Source: Candidatus Poribacteria bacterium
GTDB lineage: Bacteria; Poribacteria; WGA-4E; WGA-3G
Reading direction: 5' to 3'
NCBI GenBank assembly: GCA_965215265.1
Contig: OZ244048.1
Coordinates: 1,344,001 to 1,408,000 of the forward strand
Length of the DNA stretch: 64,000 nucleotides
The notes below the pieces were generated by a model. It was not told the DNA's origin. It did no database searches and saw nothing but the letters and a program-made list of their open reading frames with translations. Shown here piece by piece: positions 1-9,804 of this stretch (within the stretch, counting starts at the first letter, position 1; every line of letters starts with the position of its first letter). A program made the translations under genes and the position numbers.

Positions 1-202
1 CTAGGGATACAGCACCAACACACTCAGTCAAACGGCTTATCTGGCAACTTCAGATGTTTGGCTTCAAAGTATGCCATTCACGAAAAGTTTCACGAGAGGT
101 TTTCGTGAGCTTCACACATCGTGCACAGACATCACTAGCTGCCCAAAACTAATAAAGAAAATCCCCCTCTGATGAAGGGAGGGGGATTTATAAGTGAAGT
201 CC

Positions 203-500
203 CTACTTCCGGATGAGCATCTTGCATATGGCAGCGAACTCACCCGCCGTGAGCGTGTAGAAGTAGACACCGCTGGTAACCGGTTCACCGGCTGCGTTCC
301 TGCCATCCCAATAAGCGGCACGGCTCCGCTGCAGGTACAGCCCCGCCGGCTGATGCCCAAGCGACAGTGTCCAAACTAACTTGCCTTGGGCGGAATAGTT
401 TCGCACTGTCACGTCTGCCGACTCTGCCAGGCCATACGGCAGACACGTCCCCGGGTTGAACGCGCTCGGGAAATTCTACAACAGCGCGTCCACCACGCCC
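203..500 (-). pseudogene. Remnant of a secreted protein C-terminal FlgD-Ig/T9SS-A-like sorting domain
   Basis: Reads ALL*NFPSAFNPGTCLPYGLAESADVTV...LGHQPAGLY..RSRAAYWDGRNAAGEPVTSGVYFYTLTAGEF..KMLIRK, a degenerate NYPNPFNP...YWDG.N..GE.V.SGVYFY domain. In-frame TAG at 476-478. Confidence 0.75.
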
Positions 501-850
501 ATTACCAATACATCCGGCACTGCTGGCGCTGCCGATGTAAACGTAACATCGATTAACCCCGGAGACGTGGCGGGCACAGTGTATAAACCGATCGTATTTC
601 CCTGCGTCAGCGATGCAAAAGTTTTACCGTTTGTTGACTAATTAGATTCTGATGTCATATTGACATTGGCGCTCGTCCATAATGGCAGACGCGTGCCTAT
701 CCGGCAGAATCTTGAACTGTCTCAATTGAAAAGGCCAACTCCGCCTTTCATTAAATAACGAACACCCGGAACCAAGTAAGAAGAACTGTAAACCCTCACA
801 CCCTTGGCAATTTCGCAACTATAGCACATTTTAGACACAATTCTAGCGGT

Positions 851-951
851 TTGGCATAGAACTTGCACTATTATACGCAATGGCAAAGTTAGCAGATGTT
901 TGCAATAAATGATGCCCAACATTAGAAACAGACTTTGGCATAAAACTTGCA
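851..951 (+). promoter_or_regulatory. Two tandem sigma-54 (-24/-12) promoter motifs upstream of hsp20
   Basis: TTGGCATAGAACTTGCA (851-867) and TTGGCATAAAACTTGCA (935-951), both with exact GG-N10-GC spacing. Confidence 0.7.
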
Positions 952-1015
952 CATATTATGATGTCTAATAAGCCAAGATTAAGGCAATACTTAAACACAA
1001 AGGGAGAAACTAAAA

Positions 1016-1468
1016 ATGGCATACTTAGCAAGACGCAGACCCGTAGGAAATCTATTCAGCCTTCACAATGAGATGGGACGGATTTTTGATGACCTATTTG
1101 CAACCGAGGATCGGCAGCACAACGGCAACGACTACGACTGGTTGCCCGTTGTCGATATTTCAGAAGAGAAAGGGGGTTTCAAAATTCATGCCGAACTTCC
1201 TGGGATTTCAGAAAACGATATCCAGGTCTCTGTAACAGATAATGTGCTTGCGATTAAAGGCACGAAGAACCAGGAAACAGAGTCCGATACGAAAAACTAC
1301 CACCGGGTAGAACGCCGTTATGGGAGCTTCCAACGGAGTTTCACACTCCCACGGAGTGCCGATGCTACGGATATCAAAGCCGATTTCAAGGACGGCATCT
1401 TGGAACTCACGATTCCCAAACTAGAGGCCGCGCAAACCAAGGAGATACCGATTACGGTGAATTCCTAA
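1016..1468 (+). CDS. Hsp20/alpha-crystallin small heat shock protein
   Basis: P.VDI.E...AELPG, ERRYGSFQRSFTLP, DGILELTIPK and C-terminal IPI motif; SD GGGAG upstream. Confidence 0.95.
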   Translation: MAYLARRRPVGNLFSLHNEMGRIFDDLFATEDRQHNGNDYDWLPVVDISEEKGGFKIHAELPGISENDIQVSVTDNVLAIKGTKNQETESDTKNYHRVERRYGSFQRSFTLPRSADATDIKADFKDGILELTIPKLEAAQTKEIPITVNS

Positions 1469-1517
1469 CCCGAACCCTCAGTAACGTGAAATTTGCTGAA
1501 GAACCACGGGCATAAGT

Positions 1518-1572
1518 AAAAAGAGCCAGAGAAGGAAGCAAGGTCAAAACCCTTTTCCTCTCTGGCTCTTTT
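1518..1572. terminator. Bidirectional intrinsic terminator between convergent hsp20 and aquaporin
   Basis: AAAAGAGCCAGAGA...TCTCTGGCTCTTTT inverted repeat with A and T tails. Confidence 0.8.
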
Positions 1573-1597
1573 GTCTAATTGGATAAACAGACCACGT

Positions 1598-2239
1598 CTA
1601 TTCTTTCTCTTTCAATACACCGATATAGAGCAGCGCAGCGAGCACTGCACCGATGCACGGACCGACAAAATAGAGCCAGATGTCAGCATAATTGCCGCTA
1701 ACAATCGCAGGCCCTAACGTCCGTGCAGGATTCAGCGAAGCACGCGTCAGCGGACCGCCCATCAAGATGCATAAGACCAACGTTAAACCGATCGCCAGCC
1801 CTGCGAAGTTGCCCGCTTTTCCACTCACGGCAGTGTTGAAAATCGTATTGACGAGGAAGAAGGTGAGCACGATTTCGACGATGAGCCCTTGAACGGGGGT
1901 TACGCCCTCACTTAATATTGTCACACCGAGGTCACCTGCCTCCGGCAGAACCGCGTTAAGCAAGACTGCACCTAAAATTCCGCCTATAAACTGCGCAAGC
2001 CAGTAACCGATCGCCGCCACAAATTCTATTTCGCCTGCAATCAGCAGGCCGAGCGTCACGGCAGGGTTGATGTGTGTACCGGAGATGTGCCCATACGCGT
2101 AAGCGAATACAACAATCACTAAGCCGTGTGCAAGCGCAACCCCGACTAAATTCGCCTCGGTTATTGCCAACGCACCCGCACCGATAAAAATCAACGCGAA
2201 GGTACCGATAAATTCTGCTACTAAATTTTTTGTGTTCAT
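1598..2239 (-). CDS. MIP family channel (aquaporin)
   Basis: AEFIGTF, HISGTHINPAVT and SLNPART (two NPA motifs); six hydrophobic helices. Confidence 0.95.
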   Translation of the reverse strand: MNTKNLVAEFIGTFALIFIGAGALAITEANLVGVALAHGLVIVVFAYAYGHISGTHINPAVTLGLLIAGEIEFVAAIGYWLAQFIGGILGAVLLNAVLPEAGDLGVTILSEGVTPVQGLIVEIVLTFFLVNTIFNTAVSGKAGNFAGLAIGLTLVLCILMGGPLTRASLNPARTLGPAIVSGNYADIWLYFVGPCIGAVLAALLYIGVLKEKE

Positions 2240-2422
2240 GAAAACCTCCTCTTGGAGTGTAAACTTCCTGTTTTACGTTACATTTGAAAATTGAACCCCG
2301 TTTTATTTATAGCAAAATTGCAATTTTCAGTCAATAGAATTTCGCTTGCAATCTGCTCCAAAATGCGATATAATAACGCAAAACAATTAAGTCTTGTGAC
2401 ATTGTAAAGATGGAAAGGTGTA

Positions 2423-3301
2423 ATGGCGACTGATAACACAACAACCGAACACAATTTTCTTGATCCTGTCTTCAAAGAAGTTTTGACAGCTAACTTCGGG
2501 CAACTCGCCATCCCTATCCAAACACAAGTGGAGGTGAGCCGGCTCCCACGCACCATCGATGCGCTGCTCGTCTTGGAAACCGCTCAACAGCGCGAGAGAG
2601 TTCAGACGCAAACCGCTTTCAACTATTTCCGCCGCTACAATCAGATTGAATTCAAAGGCAAAGCCGATGCTCTCACACGAGACGGATACCACCTCATTCG
2701 TGGGCGCAGCCACCTCTACCTGGCCGAGCAGAAACTCTCGGCAGCTGACATGACGGTGACAATCGTCTCCGCGCGTCAACCCAGAAGCGTGTTGAACCGC
2801 TGCCCATCTGATGTGAGGTGGGACTCCGTAGGTATCGGGCATTATCAAAGCACGGACTTATTGCCTGTGAACCTATTTGTGTGTAATGAATTGGAACTGG
2901 TGGCGAAAAATTACCCTCTGCTGCTCTTTGCCTCGTCCAAACGGAAGTTTTACCAGTTTGTCGAGCAGCTCATCGGCGAGGATAATCTGGCTTACCTCTC
3001 CTATGCGGCACGCGTAGCGCCAGAAATCACAATGGAGGTCTTCAAAATGGCAAAAAGAGAGAATTTATACGATAAACAGCTCCGGCGGATTATTGATGTC
3101 ATGGGCCCGGACTTGCTCAAAAAAATGACACCCCAAGAAAGGTTTCAAGGCATGACACCGGGAGAGAGGCTTGAGGGCATGACACTTCAAGAACGGCTTG
3201 AGGGCATGACACTTCAAGAACGGCTAGCTGGGCTGAGTTCAGAAGATTTACGCTCCTTAGACCCGGAAACCAAAGCAGAACTCCTGAAGTTGTTAACCTA
3301 A
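2423..3301 (+). CDS. PD-(D/E)XK nuclease-like (Rpn-related) protein with C-terminal 9-aa tandem repeats
   Basis: D.F.K N-terminus, IDALL and IEFKG motifs; clear paralog of 28567-29727; ERLEGMTLQ repeats. Confidence 0.7.
   Translation: MATDNTTTEHNFLDPVFKEVLTANFGQLAIPIQTQVEVSRLPRTIDALLVLETAQQRERVQTQTAFNYFRRYNQIEFKGKADALTRDGYHLIRGRSHLYLAEQKLSAADMTVTIVSARQPRSVLNRCPSDVRWDSVGIGHYQSTDLLPVNLFVCNELELVAKNYPLLLFASSKRKFYQFVEQLIGEDNLAYLSYAARVAPEITMEVFKMAKRENLYDKQLRRIIDVMGPDLLKKMTPQERFQGMTPGERLEGMTLQERLEGMTLQERLAGLSSEDLRSLDPETKAELLKLLT
3125..3232 (+). repeat. 4 x 27-bp coding tandem repeat (MTLQERLEG)
   Basis: atgacacttcaagaacggcttgagggc-type units read directly. Confidence 0.9.
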
Positions 3302-3439
3302 TTAGACGAAACCGCCCAGCAAAAATAGATTGCCCTTCTTACTCACCTCTCCTACTTTTTGTAGAAGGCTGATAAGAAAAGGGCTTGGAAATTTGACTCA
3401 GGGCACCGCGTTATCAAGTGCACACTCGCTGCCGCTGCT

Positions 3440-4096
3440 TTCGTAACGTTTTTAAAATAGGCAATCAGGCAGCAGGCATAATTTACCGGTTCCCCATGGG
3501 CGTTTTCTGCCGTCCCAATACGCAGCACGGGCCCTAGCCAATACGCAGCACGGGCCCGAGACGGATAAAATCCTGATTCCTGGCCGGTGAGGTCTTCGAC
3601 ACGGAAGGGCATTGAGCTAGGGGTGGAGGTCCCAGAGCAGCACGGTGCCGTCCCGACTCCAACTTGTGAGAGCGCTGCCATCTGGGCTGAACGCTACGCT
3701 CCTGACATCATCCGTATGCTCTATGAGGGTTCGGACGGGTTCGCCTATGTTGACATCCTAGAGACGAACGGTTTTGTCCGAACTAGCACTAGCGAGCGTG
3801 CTACCATCTGGGCTGAACGCTACGCTCCTGACATCATCCGTATGCGCTGTGAGTAGGTCGTGCGGCTCACCGCTCTCCGCATCATACAGCCAAATACCGA
3901 TACTACTTGCCACTGCAAGCTGCGACCCATCCGGCGGATACTGCACTTCATTTATCTCACCTTTACCGAGACGCGCAATCGCACCCTCCGGTAAACCCAA
4001 CTGCGTCTCCGCCGGATACTGACGCGACACAACCGGTAGAAAAACACTTGACAAGGTAACACTTAAAAAACAGAATAACGTTAAGCACTTTTTCAT
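3440..4096 (-). pseudogene. Collapsed secreted WD40-repeat protein with C-terminal sorting-domain remnant
   Basis: SD AAGGAG plus MKKCLTLF signal peptide, [40 protein letters not shown] (stop at the WD position), a second WD unit 126 bp away, then GFYPSRARAAYW disrupted by a 23-bp tandem duplication at 3515-3557. Confidence 0.8.
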
Positions 4097-4195
4097 CTTA
4101 CTCCTTCCATTGACTGTTTTTTGCCTGCATGCCGCAAGCTGCTTTCTTTCCAGTTTACCACTTGCCTTATGCTCCGTTAATAGCTCTTTTGCCAT

Positions 4196-4273
4196 AAGGA
4201 AATACTCCTTTGGGCGTGACTGACAAGGTTTCTAGCACAGATACGCCACTATCGTCCCTACCAGCAACTCACC
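4196..4273. repeat. Dispersed ~80-bp intergenic repeat, copy 1 (copy 2 at 11161-11241)
   Basis: Shared gtgactgacaaggtttctag.acagatacgcc...taccagc..aactcacc. Confidence 0.75.
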
Positions 4274-4308
4274 CGAAAAAATAGGGGTAGGGGAGAATAG
4301 GTTTTGGC

Positions 4309-4337
4309 TTGACAAATTTCGACTGATATGATACACT
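4309..4337 (+). promoter_or_regulatory. Sigma-70 promoter of the cupin gene
   Basis: TTGACA-17 nt-TACACT with an extended -10 TG. Confidence 0.6.
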
Positions 4338-4366
4338 GGTAAAAAAAAGAGTAAGGTACTATTATT

Positions 4367-4672
4367 ATGGCAAGCACAGTGAGAAATGATATCAAAGGAA
4401 TAGGGCGCTTTATTTTTGAAGCAGGCGCAGATCCACAGCAGCTACATCTCCATATTTCCGAGGTGGAGCCCGGCACGCGCGCACATCCACCGCATCAGCA
4501 CGACGGACAGGAGATTTTCTACGTTTTTTCCGGTCGAGGTGAAGTACTCTTTGGTAAACACACGCACCTGTTGACTGATAACCAGGCCATCCAGGTGGAC
4601 TGTCGTGTGCTGCACGGCATCCGGAATGTTGGCCAAACACCACTCCGGTACGCTGTCATTATCGCACGATGA
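4367..4672 (+). CDS. Cupin domain protein
   Basis: HPPHQHDGQEIFYVFSGRG and HGIRN cupin motifs. Confidence 0.9.
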   Translation: MASTVRNDIKGIGRFIFEAGADPQQLHLHISEVEPGTRAHPPHQHDGQEIFYVFSGRGEVLFGKHTHLLTDNQAIQVDCRVLHGIRNVGQTPLRYAVIIAR

Positions 4673-4696
4673 ATATACCGATATAAGGGAGACTGT

Positions 4697-5152
4697 CTAT
4701 TCCGTCTGATTGTTTTGAAGCTCTGTCCACAATTTGTATAGACCATTTATGCCACCTGCGATGAGAATAATCCCTGCGGCTGCTACAGCACGCCGGATCC
4801 ATAGCGGTTGTAAGTACTCCGGGAGACCCACCGAAATCCAATTCGGTTGCAGAAACGGAGAAAGGGCGATATTCAGATAAAGCGCCCCATAGGCGATATA
4901 ACTTAAGTCGCTCGCTAGCTCCTGTTTGTTACCAGTCACCGGCAGCCTAAATACGTTAATCAGATAGTCACCCGCGAAAATCAACGTCAAGCCTATCAGT
5001 AGAAAAGCACACAACGTCCATAGAGAATACGTGCCACGTCTCAGTGTCACTGATAGCACAATGCTCAGACCTCCCAACGCAACACTAACCAGCCCTTGTA
5101 TAATTTGAAAACTCCTATTCTCTGATACCATTTTCCTCCTTCGCTTACTCAA
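4697..5152 (-). CDS. Hypothetical membrane protein (4 TM)
   Basis: Four hydrophobic segments; directly downstream of the permease; start may be 5130. Confidence 0.65.
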   Translation of the reverse strand: MSKRRRKMVSENRSFQIIQGLVSVALGGLSIVLSVTLRRGTYSLWTLCAFLLIGLTLIFAGDYLINVFRLPVTGNKQELASDLSYIAYGALYLNIALSPFLQPNWISVGLPEYLQPLWIRRAVAAAGIILIAGGINGLYKLWTELQNNQTE

Positions 5153-6125
5153 ATCGAATCCGCGGGTCCACTAAAGTGTAACTTATGTCTGTTAGCAGCA
5201 AGCCCACAATATACAGTAACGCCCCCAAATATACCATGCTCCGAACGATTGCGAAATCTTGTGCTTGAATCGCTTCTATCGTAAAACTTCCAAGTCCCGG
5301 AATCGCGAAAAATGCCTCCATCACCAGGCTCCCTACAAACAGAAACGGAATCGCTAACACAACATTGGTCAATATCGGTATCATGGCGTTTTTGAGCGCA
5401 TGCTTGAACAGCACAACCCCCTCGCTCATCCCTTTCGCACGTGCGGTCCGAACATAGTCCTGATTCACTTCCTCTAGAAATATAGTTCGATAAAAACGGA
5501 TACCGCCCCCTATACCGCTGATGATGCCGATAATTACCGGAAGAATCACGAATTTCAGCAGATGCACCCCCGAATCATACCCGGAGATGGGGAACAGACG
5601 CAACATCTTACCAAACAACCATTGACCTCCGATTATGTAGAATAACTGCGAGATAGACATCACGATCACCGCGGCGATTGTCCCCCAGAAATCAACGTAG
5701 GTGGCACGGTAGTACGCCACGATCATTGAGACGGTAATATTCACGCATAAGCCAATCACGAACGTAGGAAGCGCTATTGTGAGGCTCGGCCACATACGTT
5801 GCAAAATTTGAGAAGTTATGTCGACGTTGTTGGTATCTGAAGTACCGAAATCAAATAGAAAGAGTTTTGCCGATTTCTGAAAAAAAAGCGTCTCTGTGAA
5901 TTTGGCGACACCCGAGGCCCCCGGATTAATGAACAGCGGGAGATGGTAACCGTTTTGCCGCTTCCAATTCTCAACATCTTCTTGTGTGATATTCTTTTCG
6001 CCCAGCATCGTCCGTGCCATGCTATCCGGCGAATTGACGATGAAGAACAGCAAAAACACAATCAGGTTCACGCCGATTAAAATCGGAATCGCGTACAGAG
6101 TTCGCCGGATAATGTAGGTTAGCAT
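5145..6125 (-). CDS. Peptide/nickel ABC transporter permease (DppB/OppB family)
   Basis: MLTYIIRR N-terminus; DYVRTARAKG..E..V..KHALKNA EAA loop; DPRIR C-terminus. Confidence 0.93.
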   Translation of the reverse strand: MLTYIIRRTLYAIPILIGVNLIVFLLFFIVNSPDSMARTMLGEKNITQEDVENWKRQNGYHLPLFINPGASGVAKFTETLFFQKSAKLFLFDFGTSDTNNVDITSQILQRMWPSLTIALPTFVIGLCVNITVSMIVAYYRATYVDFWGTIAAVIVMSISQLFYIIGGQWLFGKMLRLFPISGYDSGVHLLKFVILPVIIGIISGIGGGIRFYRTIFLEEVNQDYVRTARAKGMSEGVVLFKHALKNAMIPILTNVVLAIPFLFVGSLVMEAFFAIPGLGSFTIEAIQAQDFAIVRSMVYLGALLYIVGLLLTDISYTLVDPRIRFE

Positions 6126-6470
6126 GAAATCTGTTCCTCTGCCAAATCTTATAATGCTGTGATTTTTCTATGAGCACCGAGAAAAATTATAGCATAAGTT
6201 ATGCTATTACGTCAAATTGGCAGGTCGGATTTGAGAATATAGCGTAGAGGTAGTTTTTAGGTATCGCGAGCCCGAAAGCTTGCCGCTGCATGAAATACAA
6301 ACGCATACGAATCTAATTCCTAGTGAGAACCGCATAGGTTGGAGCCGCTGTAATTCATCAAAATGGAGCCACGGCATCTCCGTGCTGCACATTCGGCTCC
6401 ATAGAGAACCCCCAATATTTCCCGGGCAATTGCAGATGCCGAAGTGCGCAGGGGCAGGTGCATGTCTCTT

Positions 6471-8678
6471 TTAGCCTTTTTCATGCTCGCGCCTCCACAT
6501 AACAATCGCAGCGGGAATTGTCACAACGACGAAAAAACCGACAAAAACCCAGATCGGCCAGAAAATCGGCTTGTTCCATTCTAAACGGCTTTCCGCACGC
6601 AGACTTGCATCAACCCGAATATATTTGAGATGGTTCGCACCGATCGCGCTCGGTTTACTATTCTTCACCCACTGATGCGACAGCCCAAAGTTAATCGGAT
6701 GATACGTAAATACCCAAGGTGCATCTTGTTGCACGATCTGTTTCATTTGACGAATGATGTCCAGACGCTCACCGGAATTCTCCATGTTTTTCATCTGTTC
6801 AAACAGTCTATTGTATGCCCGGTTGTCGTAGTTGGCGGCGTTTTCACCGCCGTGTTTCGCTTTGCTGTTTGGGCCGTAGAGGAGGAACAGGAAATTTTCG
6901 GCATCCGGGTAATCCGCGTGCCAGCCCCACGAAATTATCTGGAAATTTGCGTTCTGCACCTTGTCCCGGAATCGGTTGTAGTCTGTCGTCCGGTTCTCCA
7001 TGGTGAGCCCCAACTTCTCAAATCTGCTCCGCATCCACGCTAATATCGGAGTCGCACCTGCCGAGGTCCAAGCGTTATCAAAATGGAGGATTAGCGGATT
7101 TCCGTTCTTATCGACTCCGTCACGGTAACCTGCCTCAGCGAGCAGTTCTCGAGCTTCCTCGATCGATTTGCGCTGAGGGGTGCCGGTTTTCGGATTCCAA
7201 TTATAGACGTACGGGTTCATCCCCTGCTCACCTGCTTCATGCCCGAAAATGCCAGGCGGAATCGGACTCTGCGAACTCAGTCCACGCCCATTCAGAAAAA
7301 TGTCTATGTATTCTTCATAATCTAATGCAATCGAGATGGCTTGACGCAGCTTCTGTTTCTCTACCGTGTAACCGCCCACTGTTTCGTCTTGCATGTTGAA
7401 GCCGAGATAGTAAATAGTTGGGCTCACGCTGGTGCGTAGCACGATATTCTTCGCTTGTAAGAATTCGCTTGCACGCGGGTCGCCGGTATCATCAAGCGTA
7501 ATTGCCTTATCAAACGTATCCGATGAGATGCCGGAACTATCGTAGTAACCTTGCAAGAATTTATTCCACCGCGGTATGTACTCTTTTTCCAGTTTGTAAA
7601 CCACTTTCGGAATAAACGGAATAATTTCCCAGGCATCGGCTAAGAGCCCTGCTTCCCTATCGCCCGGTGCACCGTTTCCAGGGTAACGTTCAACCCGAAA
7701 ATTCTCATTTTTCACAAGGGTTATCTCTTTATACGGCACGAGATTTTCAATACGATACGGGCCGGTACCCACAGGAAACCGATCTATTGTGATATTCCGT
7801 TCTTTGAGCACCGGTTGACTGTAGAACTCGATTGCTTCTCGCGGCATCGGTGAGAAGAAGGGCATCGCTAACCAATAAGCGAACTGCGGGTACTTTGTTT
7901 GCAGGATAATCCGGTAGGTATACCTATCCACGAGCGCAACGCCCGCAAAAACTGCGTCTTCTACGGAATGCGAGGCGGGTTCGGCATCGCTCAGCACATC
8001 TGAGTACGTTTTCATGCCCAAGATATACTCTTCCAAGGTGCTCCGTATCGGACAGGCGACGCGTGGATGCGCTAGTCGTTGAAGTTGGTACACATAGTCC
8101 GCCGCTACAAGCTCCCGCGTACCTGTGACAGGAAAATCGTTGATTTCTCTGAAACCATCGCCTTTTTTCACGTTCCGGTAAAGCCTTTCTCCGTTTTTAT
8201 CCTTAGCGAAACATGGATGCGGCTGGTACAGAATGCCGGGGCGGATGCGTACCTCATAAACTGCACGTTCTACCTGCTCAGATGACGCATCTTGTGGTAA
8301 TGCCCGGCCGTTGGCATCAAAATAACGCGGCTCTGGCACTTTTTCTGCTGTAAGCGGGATGAGTTCATACGGTCTTTTAAGGTAGTGGTATTGTAGCGGT
8401 GGTTCGTAAATTTGCTCAATGAAACGGTACTCATCTGAACTATAGGAGACCGCCGGATCGAAGTGCTTCGGCTCTTCACTAAACGTACTATAGTAGATTT
8501 CTTGGTTGTGTTCAGATTTGGGATACGGATTATTCGGCACCTCGCATCCAATAAAAAACGGGAGAACCGCTAGCAAAAATAAAGCTCGCAACGGTTTGGC
8601 CAGCAACACCTTAGACTTGGTGTCGCCACTCTTGCATAACCGAATGCGAAAATAAAAAAAATCTCTAAAAGAGCACAT
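6471..8678 (-). CDS. ABC transporter substrate-binding lipoprotein, family 5 (DppA/OppA-like), with C-terminal TM anchor
   Basis: Lipobox FFIGC, PVGTGPY, LRQAISIALD, GWHADYPDAENF; the true start is probably downstream of 8678. Confidence 0.88.
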   Translation of the reverse strand: MCSFRDFFYFRIRLCKSGDTKSKVLLAKPLRALFLLAVLPFFIGCEVPNNPYPKSEHNQEIYYSTFSEEPKHFDPAVSYSSDEYRFIEQIYEPPLQYHYLKRPYELIPLTAEKVPEPRYFDANGRALPQDASSEQVERAVYEVRIRPGILYQPHPCFAKDKNGERLYRNVKKGDGFREINDFPVTGTRELVAADYVYQLQRLAHPRVACPIRSTLEEYILGMKTYSDVLSDAEPASHSVEDAVFAGVALVDRYTYRIILQTKYPQFAYWLAMPFFSPMPREAIEFYSQPVLKERNITIDRFPVGTGPYRIENLVPYKEITLVKNENFRVERYPGNGAPGDREAGLLADAWEIIPFIPKVVYKLEKEYIPRWNKFLQGYYDSSGISSDTFDKAITLDDTGDPRASEFLQAKNIVLRTSVSPTIYYLGFNMQDETVGGYTVEKQKLRQAISIALDYEEYIDIFLNGRGLSSQSPIPPGIFGHEAGEQGMNPYVYNWNPKTGTPQRKSIEEARELLAEAGYRDGVDKNGNPLILHFDNAWTSAGATPILAWMRSRFEKLGLTMENRTTDYNRFRDKVQNANFQIISWGWHADYPDAENFLFLLYGPNSKAKHGGENAANYDNRAYNRLFEQMKNMENSGERLDIIRQMKQIVQQDAPWVFTYHPINFGLSHQWVKNSKPSAIGANHLKYIRVDASLRAESRLEWNKPIFWPIWVFVGFFVVVTIPAAIVMWRREHEKG

Positions 8679-8691
8679 TTACCCAGCCCTC

Positions 8692-9768
8692 TTAAAATGC
8701 GTGGAGTATAGTTAAAGAGATTAAAGGACCGAATTTAAACGCATCGCTTTCTTCGTACGTGCCGTCTAAAAGTGCCTCGCTATCGTCATAAAGCGTTTCT
8801 TGCGTCAACGGCAACATGAACGTAGCCGATAACGACATATTAGAAGGCACTGCTACAGATGCCCCTAAGGATGCCATGCTGAAACGGAGCCCGGTATTAA
8901 TGTCTTGTTCGCCTGCCCAATAGGCGTAAGATTGATAAAACCCCTGATAACTCGCCTGAACCGACACACGCTCAAAGAGGTGATAATTCAAGCCCGCAGT
9001 GTAGGTGAGCCCGCGAGAGCCGCGATAGGTTTTGCTGTTTTCATAGAACGGCAGCTTCCCGCGCAGTGAAGCACTCACGGATAGGCCGCCGTAGAGCGGA
9101 ATTCCATAATGCACCTCAGCAATCGGGTTAAAGGTACCCGTGCCGAATTGGATGTGCAGATGCTCAAGCCCATTATCACCGAGCATCCACGGGTCTTCTT
9201 CCGTTTTTCCGAGCGGCACCGTCGTACCGAGGCGTGTCAATAACAGGTCGTCACTTTTAAAGATGCCTTGGAACTTATGTCCTAGCAGCATATCCATATC
9301 CGTTAAACCTGTATAGGTCTCATTTCTATGGTGAATATCCCTATTGCGTTCAATCGCTTGCAAGTCTGCCGACGTGACCGGCTCAATTTCCTCAACCGTT
9401 GCGCTTTGTTCCTTAAGTTCATACGGGATATTTGCTTCCAGGGTCCACCGTGTGTTAAGGTTGTATTTCAAACCGACATTAACACGGAAGATATTTAAAG
9501 TCACGTGGTGCCTATGCAACGGTACATCGATAACACTTCCATCCGAAGCGAGCCCTTTTGTCTCAAGATGTCCGCCCTCGGCGTCGAACCAACGCATCAT
9601 GCTGAAAGATGCCTGGAATCGCTTCGCTTCTTCTGAAGTCAAACTGACTTCACCTATCCCGCCACGTGGGATCGCGGGATTACTTCAGGCACCTCAGCTA
9701 TCCTGGGCGAATCCGATCAGGAGCGTCATCAATTGCATTATCAGCATTGCCAACACGATTTTTTGCAT
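8692..9768 (-). CDS. Secreted/outer-membrane protein with two in-frame UGA codons (U25, U28); candidate selenoprotein
   Basis: SD GGAG plus ATG at 9768, signal peptide MQKIVLAMLIMQLMTLLIGFA, then QDS-TGA-G-A-TGA-SNP in frame with track ORF 8692-9642; amphipathic beta-strand-like body ending in F. Confidence 0.7.
9656..9680 (-). promoter_or_regulatory. Candidate bacterial SECIS hairpin
   Basis: mRNA AUCCCGC-GAUCCCACGUG-GCGGGAU stem starting 4 nt after the second UGA; loop begins with G. Confidence 0.45.
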
Positions 9769-9804
9769 GTTTTTCTCCGTAAGTGTTTTTTGGTGCACAG
9801 TTAT

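Noticed and set aside
6126-6470. Gap between the ABC binding protein and permease genes with short ORFs
   Set aside because: No recognisable coding or RNA motif; only a small palindrome at about 6187-6207.
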